Assembly (NCBI GenBank): GCA_003551625.1
Contig: PUNC01000133.1
Location: forward strand, 30,013-94,012
DNA: 64,000 nucleotides
Direction: 5' to 3'
Source: PVC group bacterium
Lineage (GTDB): Bacteria > Auribacterota > Erginobacteria > Erginobacterales > PUNC01
Position numbers and translations under genes: made by a program. Under the pieces are notes generated by a model. It had not been told where the DNA came from, did not search any database, and saw nothing but the letters and a program-made list of their open reading frames with translations. Position 1 is the first letter of the stretch, and every line of letters starts with the position of its first letter. Of the stretch, positions 29,650 through 42,341 are shown piece after piece.

Positions 29650-32094
29650 CTACTCCCCGGCTTCCCCGCCCACGACTTCTATCACCTTCCCCACCGATAC
29701 CAGGCTGTCTTCGGAACTGAGATTGATCAGACGCACTCCCTGGGTCACCCGGCCGATGGTTCTGATCTCGGAGACCTCGAGACGGATCATCTTGCCGCCG
29801 GCGGTGATCATCATAATCTCGTCGACGTCCTCCACCGTCTCGGCGCCGACCACGTCGCCGGTCTTGGCCCCGGTGCGCAGGGTGATCAACCCGCTGCCGC
29901 CCCGTCCCTGGACCCGGTACTGGTCAAAACCGGTTCGCTTGCCGTAACCGTTCCCGGAGACGACCAGCAGGGTCTGATCGTCGGCGACCTTCTTCATCGC
30001 CACCACCGAATCGTCCTTGCCCAGCCGGATCCCCCGAACCCCGTACGCGGGACGGCCCATCGCCCTCAAGTCGGCCTCGTGGAACCTGATCGACTTGCCC
30101 TTGACCGTAACCAGGAGAATGTCGGAGGCGCCCCCGGTAAGCTCGGCGCCGATGATGCGGTCGTCGGGATTGATGCCCATCGCCACGATCCCCCCGGCCC
30201 GGGGCCGGCTGAAGTTGGAGAGAGGAGTCTTCTTGACCACCCCCTTCCGCGTGGCCATTACCACGAACCTTTCCCCGTCGAAGTTACGGACCCGGATGAC
30301 GGCGGCGATCTTGTCTTCCCCGGAGATCTCAAGCACGTTGGCGATCGAACGGCCCTGGGAGGTCCGGGAACCCTGGGGAATCTGGTAAACCTTGAGCCAG
30401 TGGACCCGGCCGTTCTCGGTGAAGAAGAGTAGATAATCGTGGGTGGAAGCCGTAAACAGCCGCTCGACGTAATCTTCTTCCCGGACGGCCATTCCCGCCA
30501 CTCCCTTGCCTCCCCGCCGCTGCGACTTGTAGGTGGTCATCGGCACCCGCTTGATGTAGCCCCGGTGGCTGATCGTGATCAGGGCGCCGACGTCGGCGAT
30601 CATATCCTCGATCTTGAACTCCCCCTCCTCGGGGACGATGTCGGTTCTCCGGCCGTCGCCGTATTTTTCCACCAGCTCCCGGAGATCATCTTTTATCAGC
30701 CCCAGCACCATCTGCTCGCTATCCAAGATGGACTGGAGGTAAGCGATCCGCTTGATAAGTTCCCGGTACTCGTCTTCGATCTTCTTCCCCTCGAGATTGG
30801 TCAACTGATACAGGCGCATATCCAGAATCGCGTCGGCCTGGACGTCGCTGAGTTTGAGCCGCTTGATCAGATTGCCCTTGGCCTCCTCCCGGTTGGCCGA
30901 GGACTTGATGATCTTGATCACCTCATCGATATGCTTAAGGGCGATCTTGAACCCTTCCAGGATGTGGGCGCGTTTCTCGGCCAGGTCGAGCTCGAACCGG
31001 GTTCTCCGGAGGATCACCTCCTTGCGGTGTTCGACGAAGCACCGGATCAGCCCCTTGAGGTTCATCACCCGGGGCCGGCCGTGGTCGAGACCGAGAAGGA
31101 TCACCCCGAAGGTCTGCCGCAGCTGGGTCTTGCTGTAAAGCTGATTGGTGATGACCTTGGCCACCTCCCCCCGCTTGAGCTCGACCACGATCCGCATCCC
31201 CTCCCGGTCGGACTCGTCGCGGAGATCGCTGATACCGGTTATCTTCTTGTCGTTGACCAGCGAGGCGATCTCTCCCAGGAGATTGGTCTTGTTGACCGAG
31301 TAGGGGATCTCGCTGATGATCAGCGCCTCCTTGCCGCCTTTGAGCGGCTCCACTCCAATCCGCCCCTGAACCTTGATCCGTCCCCGGCCGGTGGAATAGG
31401 CCCGGGTTATCTCGGAGGTGCCGGTGATGATGCCCCCGGTCGGAAAATCCGGTCCCGGCAGGACCTTCATCAGCTCCTCGACCGTCACTTCCGGGTCGTC
31501 GATCCAGAGGTTTATCGCCGCGGCCACTTCGCCCAGGTTGTGGGGGGGGATATTGGTTGCCATCCCGACGGCGATCCCGGATCCGCCGTTGCAGAGAAGG
31601 TTGGGGAATTTCCCGGGAAGAACCACCGGTTCGTTCCGGGTCTCGTCGTAATTGGGGATAAAATCGACCGTATCTTTCTTCAGGTCGAGCAGCATTTCCA
31701 TCGCCAGCGGGGTGAGGCGGGCTTCGGTGTAACGCATCGCGGCGGGCGGATCGCCGTCGATCGATCCGAAGTTTCCCTGCCCCTGAACGAGCGGGTATCG
31801 CAGGTTGAAGTCCTGGGCCATTCGCACCAGCGTGGGATAGACGACCGCCTCGCCGTGAGGATGGTAGTTTCCGGAGGTGTCGCCGCAGATCTTGGCGCAC
31901 TTGCGGAAGGCGCTTTGCGGGGAGAGACCGAGGTCGTTCATCGCCACCAGGATGCGGCGCTGGGAAGGCTTGAGACCGTCGCGGGCATCGGGCAGGGCGC
32001 GGGAGACGATCACGCTCATCGCGTAACTCAAATACGATTCGCGCATTTCGTCCTTGATGTCGCGGTCGATTACGGTGTCGTTGCGGGCGTACAT
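29650..32094 (-). CDS. gyrA: DNA gyrase subunit A
   Basis: [11 protein letters not shown], active-site Tyr context [11 protein letters not shown]-terminal beta-pinwheel repeats. Directly downstream of gyrB. Confidence 0.93.
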   Translation of the reverse strand: MYARNDTVIDRDIKDEMRESYLSYAMSVIVSRALPDARDGLKPSQRRILVAMNDLGLSPQSAFRKCAKICGDTSGNYHPHGEAVVYPTLVRMAQDFNLRYPLVQGQGNFGSIDGDPPAAMRYTEARLTPLAMEMLLDLKKDTVDFIPNYDETRNEPVVLPGKFPNLLCNGGSGIAVGMATNIPPHNLGEVAAAINLWIDDPEVTVEELMKVLPGPDFPTGGIITGTSEITRAYSTGRGRIKVQGRIGVEPLKGGKEALIISEIPYSVNKTNLLGEIASLVNDKKITGISDLRDESDREGMRIVVELKRGEVAKVITNQLYSKTQLRQTFGVILLGLDHGRPRVMNLKGLIRCFVEHRKEVILRRTRFELDLAEKRAHILEGFKIALKHIDEVIKIIKSSANREEAKGNLIKRLKLSDVQADAILDMRLYQLTNLEGKKIEDEYRELIKRIAYLQSILDSEQMVLGLIKDDLRELVEKYGDGRRTDIVPEEGEFKIEDMIADVGALITISHRGYIKRVPMTTYKSQRRGGKGVAGMAVREEDYVERLFTASTHDYLLFFTENGRVHWLKVYQIPQGSRTSQGRSIANVLEISGEDKIAAVIRVRNFDGERFVVMATRKGVVKKTPLSNFSRPRAGGIVAMGINPDDRIIGAELTGGASDILLVTVKGKSIRFHEADLRAMGRPAYGVRGIRLGKDDSVVAMKKVADDQTLLVVSGNGYGKRTGFDQYRVQGRGGSGLITLRTGAKTGDVVGAETVEDVDEIMMITAGGKMIRLEVSEIRTIGRVTQGVRLINLSSEDSLVSVGKVIEVVGGEAGE

Positions 32095-32178
32095 ATATAT
32101 TTTTCCCCGAAAAATTTATGCTGGGACTTTCACGTCCCGGAAACACTTTTCATCATAAAATATTTCGCAAGAAATATT

Positions 32179-34614
<2,436 letters not shown>

Positions 34615-34944
34615 CTATTCCTTGTCCAGTTCCCCGATGGTGAATATCAGTTTCTTCACCATCGGTTTCCCCAGCTCCCGGTTGAGTTTCTCCAGGATGC
34701 GGGTTTTGAAATAGCGGTTGATCTGGGCCAGCCAGACGGAGCTGTCGACGGAAACGATAAGTCGGCCTTCCTGGAAGCTCCGGGGCCGGGTATGCCGGGC
34801 GATATCCTGACCCACCACGGCATTCCAGAGATGGAGGATCCGTCCCGATGATAGAAGTTCTTTCAGACCCGGGCGGGAGAATACTTCATCGATCACAGTC
34901 CGGATCGGCCGGGGGCCGCCGGTCTTGTCCTTCTTCACGTTCAA
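34615..34944 (-). CDS. DUF721 (DciA/YaaB-like) protein
   Basis: 109 aa between dnaN and gyrB, the position occupied by DUF721 proteins in many origin regions. Confidence 0.65.
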   Translation of the reverse strand: MNVKKDKTGGPRPIRTVIDEVFSRPGLKELLSSGRILHLWNAVVGQDIARHTRPRSFQEGRLIVSVDSSVWLAQINRYFKTRILEKLNRELGKPMVKKLIFTIGELDKE

Positions 34945-36035
34945 GCCAGCTTGATGGGCATGATTATGGCCAAAAACTTGCCATTGGTCCTGATCACCCC
35001 CGGACTGTCCGAATCATTGAGTTCCAGCGTAAACTCCTCTTCCTCAAGATTCTTTAAAACATCATTGATGAAGTGCGGGTTGAAGGCGATCTCGGCGTCT
35101 TCGCCCCGGTATTCAATGTTGAGATCTTCCCGGGCTTCACCGACGTCGGGGGTGGCGGTGGTGATTTCTACCCGGCCGGCGGCGAATGACAACTTGACCG
35201 AGGGAGAGTTTTCGCTGGCCAGCAGGGCCACCCGCTTGACCGAGGCCATAAATTCTTCCCGGGGAACCGGGATTCTTATCCGGGATGATTCCGGGATTAC
35301 CTGTTGATAGCTCGGGAAACGCCCGTCAATTTGCCGGGAGAAGATCTGGACCGAGGGAGTAACAAATGCGACTTGATGAGTACCCACTTTGATCTTGACC
35401 TCGCCCTCCCCCTTCAGCACCCGGTCGAGCTCGGCCACCGTCTTCAGAGGCAGAATCACGTCGGATTTGAAGTCGGGGGGCATCTCGCAGTCGGTCTGGG
35501 CCATCGAGAGTCGACGACCGTCGGTGGCCACCGCAGTCAGGATTCCCCCGGAAAACGAGATCAAAATTCCATTGAGCGTATAGCGGCTTTCGTCCTGGGC
35601 GGCGGCGTAAGCGGTCTGTCGGATCAACTCCACCAGGTTCTTCTGGGAGATCGTCGTCTCGGTGGCTTGCGCCAGGTCCGGCTGGCCGGGGAACTCATCC
35701 TTGGCCAGACCGAGCATCTTGAAATAAGACCTCATGGATTTGACCACGGTAGCGCCGTCTTCCTTCACTTCAATCGTGCCTTCCTGGCCGGGTAGCTCCC
35801 GTACGATGCTGATAAACCTGCGGCCGGGTATCGTAATCGCCCCCTCTCCTTCAGTCTTGGCCGGAAAACGGCACTTAATCCACATTTCCAGATCGCTTCC
35901 GATCACCCAGGCTTCTCCTCCCGCTACTTCAAACGCGAGGTGCGAGAGTATGGGGAGCATAGTCTTGGAACCGATTACGCCCTGCAAAGGCGTCAGGCAC
36001 TGGAGCGCGGAATCCTTCTGGAATGTGAGTTTCAT
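34941..36035 (-). CDS. dnaN: DNA polymerase III beta sliding clamp
   Basis: MKLTFQKDSALQCLTPLQGVIGSKTMLPILSHL..., three-domain clamp of 364 aa. Confidence 0.9.
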   Translation of the reverse strand: MKLTFQKDSALQCLTPLQGVIGSKTMLPILSHLAFEVAGGEAWVIGSDLEMWIKCRFPAKTEGEGAITIPGRRFISIVRELPGQEGTIEVKEDGATVVKSMRSYFKMLGLAKDEFPGQPDLAQATETTISQKNLVELIRQTAYAAAQDESRYTLNGILISFSGGILTAVATDGRRLSMAQTDCEMPPDFKSDVILPLKTVAELDRVLKGEGEVKIKVGTHQVAFVTPSVQIFSRQIDGRFPSYQQVIPESSRIRIPVPREEFMASVKRVALLASENSPSVKLSFAAGRVEITTATPDVGEAREDLNIEYRGEDAEIAFNPHFINDVLKNLEEEEFTLELNDSDSPGVIRTNGKFLAIIMPIKLA

Positions 36036-36255
36036 TTTCTGCCTCCTTGGAACTCTATCATTATTATATTCTTATCCGTTTTAAAAACAACTTAATAATA
36101 ACAATAAGGGGCGGGGATATGTGGAATTCCGCCTTGAACGGTTCACGTCGGACCCTGTGAACAATTGGGGATAGAAGGTGGATAGTTGTGGACAAGCAGC
36201 CTTAACTTATAAAGCCGGGGGGTTTTCCCCGGAATCCCCCCCTCCGGCTAACGGC
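36036..36255. promoter_or_regulatory. dnaA-dnaN intergenic AT-rich island with DnaA-box-like motifs (possible second oriC module/DUE)
   Basis: 36045-36105 is about 80% AT in a 65%-GC genome. Near-consensus boxes TGTGGACAA (36187-36195, 8/9), TGTGGAATT (36120-36128, 7/9), GGTGGATAG (36177-36185, 7/9), TTATCCGTT (36072-36080, 7/9). Confidence 0.5.
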
Positions 36256-37641
36256 TTATCCACGGTGTTGTTCACGTATTTTCTTCTCGAGAAACCTGAC
36301 GGTATTGGCGAAGTTCCTGTCGGCGCGGGTTTTCTTTTCCACGGATTTAATCGCGTGCAACACGGTGGTATGGTCCCGCCCGCCGAAGGACTCCCCGATA
36401 TCCTTGAGGGAGGCGGCCGTCATCGACCGGGAAAGGTACATCGCGATCTGCCGGGGCAGCGCTATGCCTTTCGGCCGGCGGGAGCCACGGATGTCGCCGA
36501 TCCTGATATCGAAGAACTCCGTGACTTTCTTCTGAATCTCCTCGATTGAAAACTGGGGATCGATGTCATCGTCCAGGATTCCGGCTAAAATCCCCTCGAT
36601 CGAGTTGAGATTGAGTTTGACGTTGGTAAGCGAAGCGTAGGAGGCCGCCTGGATGAGCGCGCCTTCGAGGCGCCGGATGTTGGTCTTTACCCGGTCGGCT
36701 AAAAAATAAATGATTTCATCCGGCACGTGGAAACCGTTGATTTCGGCCTCCTTTCTCAAAATCGCGATCCTGGTTTCACGATCGGGTGGCTGAAGATCGA
36801 CCACCAGGCCCCATTCAAAACGGGAGATCAGCCGCTCTTCGATATCCTGAATCTCTTTGGGCGGACGATCGGAAGAGAGGATGATCTGCTTATGGGCATC
36901 CCAGAGCGCGTTGAAGGTATGGAAGAGCTGCTCCTGGGTGCGGACCTGCCCGGCCAGGAAATGAATGTCGTCGATAATCAATACATCGGCCTTGCGATAC
37001 TTGCGCCGGAATTTATCGGTTGTGCGGTTGGCGATCGAGTGAATGAAGTCGTTGGTGAAATTCTCACTGCTGGTGTAGATGATCTGGGAGACGGTATGGT
37101 TGTCCAGGGCCATCCGGGCGGCGGCTTGCATCAGATGAGTCTTTCCCAGGCCCACACCACCATAGATGAAGAGCGGATTGTAAGCGCGCGCCGGAGCCTG
37201 AGCTACCGCCATTGTGGCGGCGTGGGCGAAACGGTTGCAGTCGCCGACGACAAAACGGTCGAACTTGTACTTGGGGTTGAGATTGACGGTTATTGACTTG
37301 CTTCTCGACGGGGGCGGTTCCGGCCGGGTCTCGGGAGGGAGTTCGATCGACGGTGATTCGCCGGTGATCTCATACGATATCGCTACCGGTTGACCGAAGA
37401 CCGCCCGCGCTTTTTCGACAATCAGTTCCCCGTAGTGGCTGTCAATCCAATCACGGTAGAATTTGGAAGGGACCTGGATGAGCAGCGTTCCGCCGCTGAA
37501 GGCGGCGGCCCGGGTGGGATGAAACCAGGTATTGAAATTCTGTTCCCCTACGGAATCTTTAAGTTCCGAGTAGAGGTTTTTAGCGGCGTTGTCCATCAGG
37601 GTGTCAATCGATTTATTTCGTTTACCGTCTGTTTTATCCAC
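36256..37641 (-). CDS. dnaA: chromosomal replication initiator protein DnaA
   Basis: AAA+ Walker A GGVGLGKTHL, domain IV HTTVLHA. GTG start at 37639-37641. Confidence 0.95.
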   Translation of the reverse strand: MDKTDGKRNKSIDTLMDNAAKNLYSELKDSVGEQNFNTWFHPTRAAAFSGGTLLIQVPSKFYRDWIDSHYGELIVEKARAVFGQPVAISYEITGESPSIELPPETRPEPPPSRSKSITVNLNPKYKFDRFVVGDCNRFAHAATMAVAQAPARAYNPLFIYGGVGLGKTHLMQAAARMALDNHTVSQIIYTSSENFTNDFIHSIANRTTDKFRRKYRKADVLIIDDIHFLAGQVRTQEQLFHTFNALWDAHKQIILSSDRPPKEIQDIEERLISRFEWGLVVDLQPPDRETRIAILRKEAEINGFHVPDEIIYFLADRVKTNIRRLEGALIQAASYASLTNVKLNLNSIEGILAGILDDDIDPQFSIEEIQKKVTEFFDIRIGDIRGSRRPKGIALPRQIAMYLSRSMTAASLKDIGESFGGRDHTTVLHAIKSVEKKTRADRNFANTVRFLEKKIREQHRG

Positions 37642-37642
37642 A
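37634..37642. promoter_or_regulatory. perfect consensus DnaA box TTATCCACA overlapping the dnaA start codon
   Basis: Exact 9/9 match. Overlaps the GTG initiation codon, consistent with autoregulation or origin proximity. Confidence 0.7.
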
Positions 37643-38103
37643 GGCGTTTAAAGAGACTAACTTGATTCGTTTTTCGAAGCCTGATCAGAGCAGTTTAACG
37701 CCGAAAATTAGAAGGAAAAGTCCGGCGGGGGACCCGCCGTGCGGACATACGCATAAGTGTATGCCACGCAGTATAATACACTCTGGAATCCACGGTTAGT
37801 TGTGTTTTTATCGATTGCATCGATGGCCGGTCCCGGGGCTTGATTGAGCTTTATCGCAATGAAATTAAGCGGTTATGATTAATCGGGATGGAAAGGAGAA
37901 AGATGTCCACAAGTTATCAACACGCATTTATGTTCTCCTTGGAGGCCGTCCGGCGCGATTTTATTGAGGAGGAAGATAAAAAGCAAGCTTTTTTTTTCGA
38001 AAAATGTATTATTTGACTCTGACCGTTGACAGGGGATTGTTCAACGGCCATAATAACCACTCGTTAAAGCAAAGAAAACATAAACCTTGTGGAGATAGAA
38101 AAA
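37642..38103. promoter_or_regulatory. candidate oriC (dnaA-rpmH intergenic): DnaA-box cluster plus AT-rich unwinding element
   Basis: Boxes TTATCAACA (37914-37922, 8/9), TGTCCACAA (37904-37912, 7/9), TGTGGAGAT (38088-38096, 7/9). AT-rich run 37975-38025. Several GC-stem hairpins (37707-37730). Confidence 0.6.
38026..38054 (+). promoter_or_regulatory. sigma-70-like promoter for rpmH operon (TTGACA, 17-nt spacer, CATAAT)
   Basis: TTGACA at 38026-38031, CATAAT at 38049-38054, about 50 nt before the rpmH ATG. Confidence 0.5.
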
Positions 38104-38241
38104 ATGCCGAAAAGAACCTACCAACCTTCAAAGATCAAGAGGAAGCGCAGTCACGGTTTCCTGAAGCGTAACTCCACGCCTCAAGGACGAGCGATAATCA
38201 AGCGCCGACGGCAGAAAGGCCGGCACCGCCTTTCCGCCTGA
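38104..38241 (+). CDS. rpmH: 50S ribosomal protein L34
   Basis: [45 protein letters not shown], 45 aa. Below the ORF-track size cutoff, translated manually. Confidence 0.9.
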   Translation: MPKRTYQPSKIKRKRSHGFLKRNSTPQGRAIIKRRRQKGRHRLSA

Positions 38242-38248
38242 AAAAGGT

Positions 38249-38617
38249 TTGATGAGGCTCTCACGGAGATTTCCCCGAAACCTGATCATAAACGGCCGCC
38301 AAACCTTCAGGCAGATTCAGAAAGAAGGAGAACGGCGCAGGGGTAGGCGGATCGATTTATTCTGGAGAATCTCGCCGAGCGGTACCGGTACCTTCGGCTT
38401 TACTACTCGCCGACACTTAAGAAAGGCCGTAGAGCGCAACCGGGCCCGGAGATTGATGAGGGAGGCTATCAGGATAAACCGGGAACGGATCAGGGAGGGT
38501 CACGAACTTGTTTTGGCCTGGAAAGGTCCCGTGGAAGATGTCACATACCGCGAGGCCGAGAACGATATTCTGGCCCTGCTGGAAAAATCCGGTCTTTTGA
38601 AAGTTCAGGAAAGATGA
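38249..38617 (+). CDS. rnpA: ribonuclease P protein component
   Basis: Basic 122-aa protein directly after rpmH. RNR motif region (KAVERNRARRLMREA). Confidence 0.85.
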   Translation: MMRLSRRFPRNLIINGRQTFRQIQKEGERRRGRRIDLFWRISPSGTGTFGFTTRRHLRKAVERNRARRLMREAIRINRERIREGHELVLAWKGPVEDVTYREAENDILALLEKSGLLKVQER

Positions 38618-38835
38618 AATCCGTATTAATAGCGTTTATCAAAATTTATCAGGCGGCGATCTCGCCGCTGCTGGGCAATCGCTGCCGGTTCCATCCGTCG
38701 TGTTCCGAGTATCTGGTCGGCAGTATAGAAAGTTTTGGATGCCGGAAGGGGATCGTGAGGGGGATAAAAAGGCTGATCAAGTGTCATCCCTTCCATCGGG
38801 GAGGATATGATCCTGTAGAAGAAAGATCGCTATAG
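38614..38835 (+). CDS. yidD: membrane protein insertion efficiency factor YidD
   Basis: IKIYQAAISPLLGNRCRFHPSCSEY...HPFHRGGYDPV hallmark sequence. Confidence 0.85.
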   Translation: MKSVLIAFIKIYQAAISPLLGNRCRFHPSCSEYLVGSIESFGCRKGIVRGIKRLIKCHPFHRGGYDPVEERSL

Positions 38836-38901
38836 TTGATTATATATCATAGTAATCAACGATAAGGTACAATCGGTTAATGGGATTAATAGGGTATTTC
38901 T

Positions 38902-40590
38902 ATGGATAAGGTAGGAAAGATTGGTCTGGTGGTATCAATCGGTCTGCTGATTGCCTGGTTCCTCTACCAGTCCGATCTGCAGCGAAGAGAGGCGGAACGT
39001 CGAGCCGCCGAGATGCCGCCCGAGGTTCCAACCACCCCGGTGGTGGATGATGTGCCGAGGGTTGTTCCCGAACCCGAACCGGCGCTCGAGGTCGACCTTC
39101 CGGAACCGGATACGTTTCCGGAAGATGCCGAGGTGATCGAGATCGAGACCGATTTCCTCAAGGTTGAGTTGAGCAACTGGGGGGGCGTGATAAAGAGGGT
39201 GGTCCTGAAAGAGAACGAGAAGGCCGGAATCAGAAGGCTTCCCGACGAAGAAAGCGGCGACGTGGTCCTGGTGGAATCCCGGACTCCCGCCGATGCCCCG
39301 GGAGCTTTAACCTCGCCGCCGGTCGGAGAGATGGAATGGGAACGTTCCGGCAACCGGGTGGTATTCCACTTCAGCGACGAGCGGCTAAAGGTCAGAAAGA
39401 CGTATGAATTTTTTGAGGGTCATTTCGAAGCGCGGCTCCGAATCGAGCTTGAGAATATAAGTGAGGAAAATATTCTGCTTCCGGACGGCCTGGTGCTTTC
39501 GGCGGGAAGCATAAGCACCATCGATGACGGCGATATTCTCGGCGTCGATACCCTCTCGGAAGACCAGGTGGTAAGAAACCGGACGCCCATCGAAAAAACC
39601 TCACTCCCGATCGATTGGACGGCCCTGAAAACAACCTATTTTACCTTCATAATAAATCCGTTGGAAGTTCAGGCCAGCGCGGTCGAGATCGGAGGGAGAA
39701 GAATAGGAGCGGGAGTAAACCGAGCGCTTCTTGGTTGCGCCCCCGGCCCTCAATATGAGGAACTTTCCGCAGCACTCTTCTTCGACCGATTCGCAAACTT
39801 ACCGCCGGCCGGGGCAGCCGAGCTGGATGTGAAAGTATATTTCGGACCCGCCGACTACCGGATACTTAGAGGCTACGACAGTGACTATGAAAGAGTGATC
39901 GATTTCGGTTTCTGGGCACCGATATCGCGAGTCATTATTTGGTCTTTGACCGAGCTCTACAACCTTTTGGGAAGCTACGGTTGGGCTATCATCATCCTTA
40001 CCGTAATAATTCGGATCGTACTCTGGCCGTTGACCCACAAGAGCGCAAAATCGATGAAGGGGATGCAGAAGGTTCAGCCTCTGGTCGCCGGCCTGAAAGA
40101 GAAGTATAAGTCCGACCCCAAGAAACTGCAGGCCGAGACGATGAAACTCTACAAGGAGCACGGTGTAAATCCGATGGGCGGCTGCCTGCCGATGGTGCTC
40201 CAGATACCGATTCTTTTCGCTTTTTTCACCTCGCTCCGCGGCGCAATCCTGCTTCGAAAGGCGCCTTTCTGGATCATCCCCGGACGCTGGATCCAGGATC
40301 TCTCAGGTCCGGACGTTTTAATGACGCTGGAGAGACCATTACCGATCCTGGGTAATAACCTCAACATACTTCCGATCTTGATGGGCATATCTTTCCTGAT
40401 CCAGCAAAAATACACTCCCACCGCGGCCGCCACCCCGGAAGCTGAAAAACAACAGAAGATGATGGCGATTCTAATGCCGGTGATGTTCATATTCATCTTC
40501 TACAGCCTTCCCTCCGGTCTGAACCTTTATTTCCTGGTCAGCAACGTTCTCTCTCTCCCGCAGCAGATAATGGCTGTCCGGAAAAGATAA
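38902..40590 (+). CDS. yidC: membrane protein insertase YidC
   Basis: N-terminal TM, large periplasmic domain, conserved C-terminal 5-TM core (GWAIIILTVIIRIVLWPL...CLPMVLQIPILFAFF). Confidence 0.9.
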   Translation: MDKVGKIGLVVSIGLLIAWFLYQSDLQRREAERRAAEMPPEVPTTPVVDDVPRVVPEPEPALEVDLPEPDTFPEDAEVIEIETDFLKVELSNWGGVIKRVVLKENEKAGIRRLPDEESGDVVLVESRTPADAPGALTSPPVGEMEWERSGNRVVFHFSDERLKVRKTYEFFEGHFEARLRIELENISEENILLPDGLVLSAGSISTIDDGDILGVDTLSEDQVVRNRTPIEKTSLPIDWTALKTTYFTFIINPLEVQASAVEIGGRRIGAGVNRALLGCAPGPQYEELSAALFFDRFANLPPAGAAELDVKVYFGPADYRILRGYDSDYERVIDFGFWAPISRVIIWSLTELYNLLGSYGWAIIILTVIIRIVLWPLTHKSAKSMKGMQKVQPLVAGLKEKYKSDPKKLQAETMKLYKEHGVNPMGGCLPMVLQIPILFAFFTSLRGAILLRKAPFWIIPGRWIQDLSGPDVLMTLERPLPILGNNLNILPILMGISFLIQQKYTPTAAATPEAEKQQKMMAILMPVMFIFIFYSLPSGLNLYFLVSNVLSLPQQIMAVRKR

Positions 40591-40701
40591 TAGATCCCGG
40601 TCTATTATTTTTGCTCTCCTCTTTCTAATATGGCAGAAGGAGTTTGCTTGCTGTCATTCCGACCGTGAGCGAAGCAAAGGGGAAGAACCTCAATTCTTTT
40701 A

Positions 40702-42090
40702 GTGATGAACCGTCCAAATCCCGAGACCATTGTTGCCATCGCTACTCCCCGCGGCCAGGGAGCGCTGGGGATAATCAGGGTGTCTGGCCCCGGATCCTTC
40801 CTTATATCTTCAAGTATCTTTGTCCCCGCTGCCGCAAAGGCTTTTTCAAAGCTTCCTCCCCGCTCTCTTAACCGGGGGATAATCAAGGACGGCCTTTCAG
40901 ATGTCGATGACGTCTGCCTGGTTAGGATGCCCGCTCCGAAGAGTTACACCGGCGAGGATATGGTGGAGATCTACGCCCACGGTGGGGATTACGTGTTGGG
41001 TAGGATATTGGAGACCATCTGCCGGCAAGGAGCGCGTCCGGCCCGTCCCGGAGAATTCACCGAGCGGGCTTTTCTCAACGGGAAACTTGACCTGTTCCAG
41101 GCCGGCTCGGTCGCCGATCTGATCAGGGCCCGTTCAGAAAAGGAACTTCAAGGCGCCCTGGAGCAGCTTAAAGGCGAACCCAGCCGCCTGCTTGATAATG
41201 TCGGCAAAGAGCTGGTGAGGCTCCTGGCCGGGTTGGAGGCGGGTATTGATTTCTCCGATTATGAGGAGGTGGGCCTTCGGAAAGACGAAGTTACCGGGGA
41301 GATAAAGAAAATATTGAATCAGGTTCGGCGGCTTGAGAGGAGATCGGAGAAGGCCGAGAAGATACGGGATGGATTGAATGTAGTATTGGTCGGTAAGCCC
41401 AATGTCGGAAAGTCCAGTCTGCTGAATCTGTTGCTGGGTGAAGAGAGGGCCATCGTCTCTTCCCATCCCGGAACGACCCGGGATACGATCGAGGAAGTGA
41501 TCGAATTTAACGGTTTGGCATTGCGGCTGATCGATACCGCGGGGATTACAGATCCCCGCGGAGAGATTGAAGAGGAGGGGATAAAAAGATCGATCGATAA
41601 GATAAAACGGGCCGCTCTCGCGCTGGTAATTATGGATAAGGGAACGGAGATAGGGGAGGACGATTACCGGGTTCTTAAGCTTTTGAAATCCAGACCCGTC
41701 TTGATACTGATCAACAAGTCCGATCTTCCATCCCGGTTATCGCTGGAGAAAGCCGGGCGATATCTTGACCGGAAAAAGATTATCGAGATATCGGCGACGA
41801 AGAACTGGGGTATTGGAGAACTCAAGAAGGAGATCGGCAGAATCCTGGGGGAGATTGAGACCGGCGATTCCGGAGCCCCGGTCTTTCTCGGCCCCTCAAT
41901 GCGGGTTATGCTGCGCGAAATTAGACTGGCTGTTGAGAGGGCGCTGGATTCGTCTGAAAATGGCCTGTCGTCCGAGTTTATCGCGCTCGACCTTCGGGAG
42001 GCTCTCTCCCGAGTCAGGGGTTTGACCGGGGAAGAGTACGGCGAAGAAATTCTCAAAGAGATATTCTCCAGTTTCTGCGTGGGGAAATAA
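40702..42090 (+). CDS. mnmE: tRNA modification GTPase MnmE (TrmE)
   Basis: G-domain GKPNVGKSSLLN, DTAG, NKSD motifs. C-terminal CVGK motif. Confidence 0.92.
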   Translation: MMNRPNPETIVAIATPRGQGALGIIRVSGPGSFLISSSIFVPAAAKAFSKLPPRSLNRGIIKDGLSDVDDVCLVRMPAPKSYTGEDMVEIYAHGGDYVLGRILETICRQGARPARPGEFTERAFLNGKLDLFQAGSVADLIRARSEKELQGALEQLKGEPSRLLDNVGKELVRLLAGLEAGIDFSDYEEVGLRKDEVTGEIKKILNQVRRLERRSEKAEKIRDGLNVVLVGKPNVGKSSLLNLLLGEERAIVSSHPGTTRDTIEEVIEFNGLALRLIDTAGITDPRGEIEEEGIKRSIDKIKRAALALVIMDKGTEIGEDDYRVLKLLKSRPVLILINKSDLPSRLSLEKAGRYLDRKKIIEISATKNWGIGELKKEIGRILGEIETGDSGAPVFLGPSMRVMLREIRLAVERALDSSENGLSSEFIALDLREALSRVRGLTGEEYGEEILKEIFSSFCVGK

Positions 42091-42094
42091 TAAT

Positions 42095-42110
42095 TGTTCC
42101 ACGGGGAACA
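42095..42110. promoter_or_regulatory. parS-like centromere site 1 (TGTTCCACGGGGAACA)
   Basis: 14/16 match to parS consensus TGTTNCACGTGAAACA. Immediately upstream of parAB. Confidence 0.65.
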
Positions 42111-42153
42111 TCCGCCGGTGAAAGAAAGGCGGATACATCTGCTTGAATGTAAT

Positions 42154-42169
42154 TGTTCCACGTGGAACA
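42154..42169. promoter_or_regulatory. parS centromere site 2 (TGTTCCACGTGGAACA, perfect palindrome)
   Basis: 15/16 to Bacillus-type parS. Perfect 16-bp palindrome. Confidence 0.75.
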
Positions 42170-42341
42170 TTCACATTTATCTTGCCCTGCTTCCTCGAAG
42201 GTGATTTAATCGAGTCTTTGGAGCGGTTGTTCGTTCCGTTGTTCTTAAAAACCGCGCGCGGCGTTAATAAATGCGGGTCTTTTCAGGCACAATGTTCAAG
42301 GAAGAACTCTCCTGTTCAACCCGGAAATCCTGGGGGCGGAT

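Noticed and set aside
26863-30432. 1189-aa plus-strand ORF spanning serS, rtcB, archease and gyrA
   Set aside because: Antisense to four confidently identified minus-strand genes. Low-complexity Gly/Arg/Pro/Asp-rich translation typical of stop-free antisense frames in high-GC DNA.
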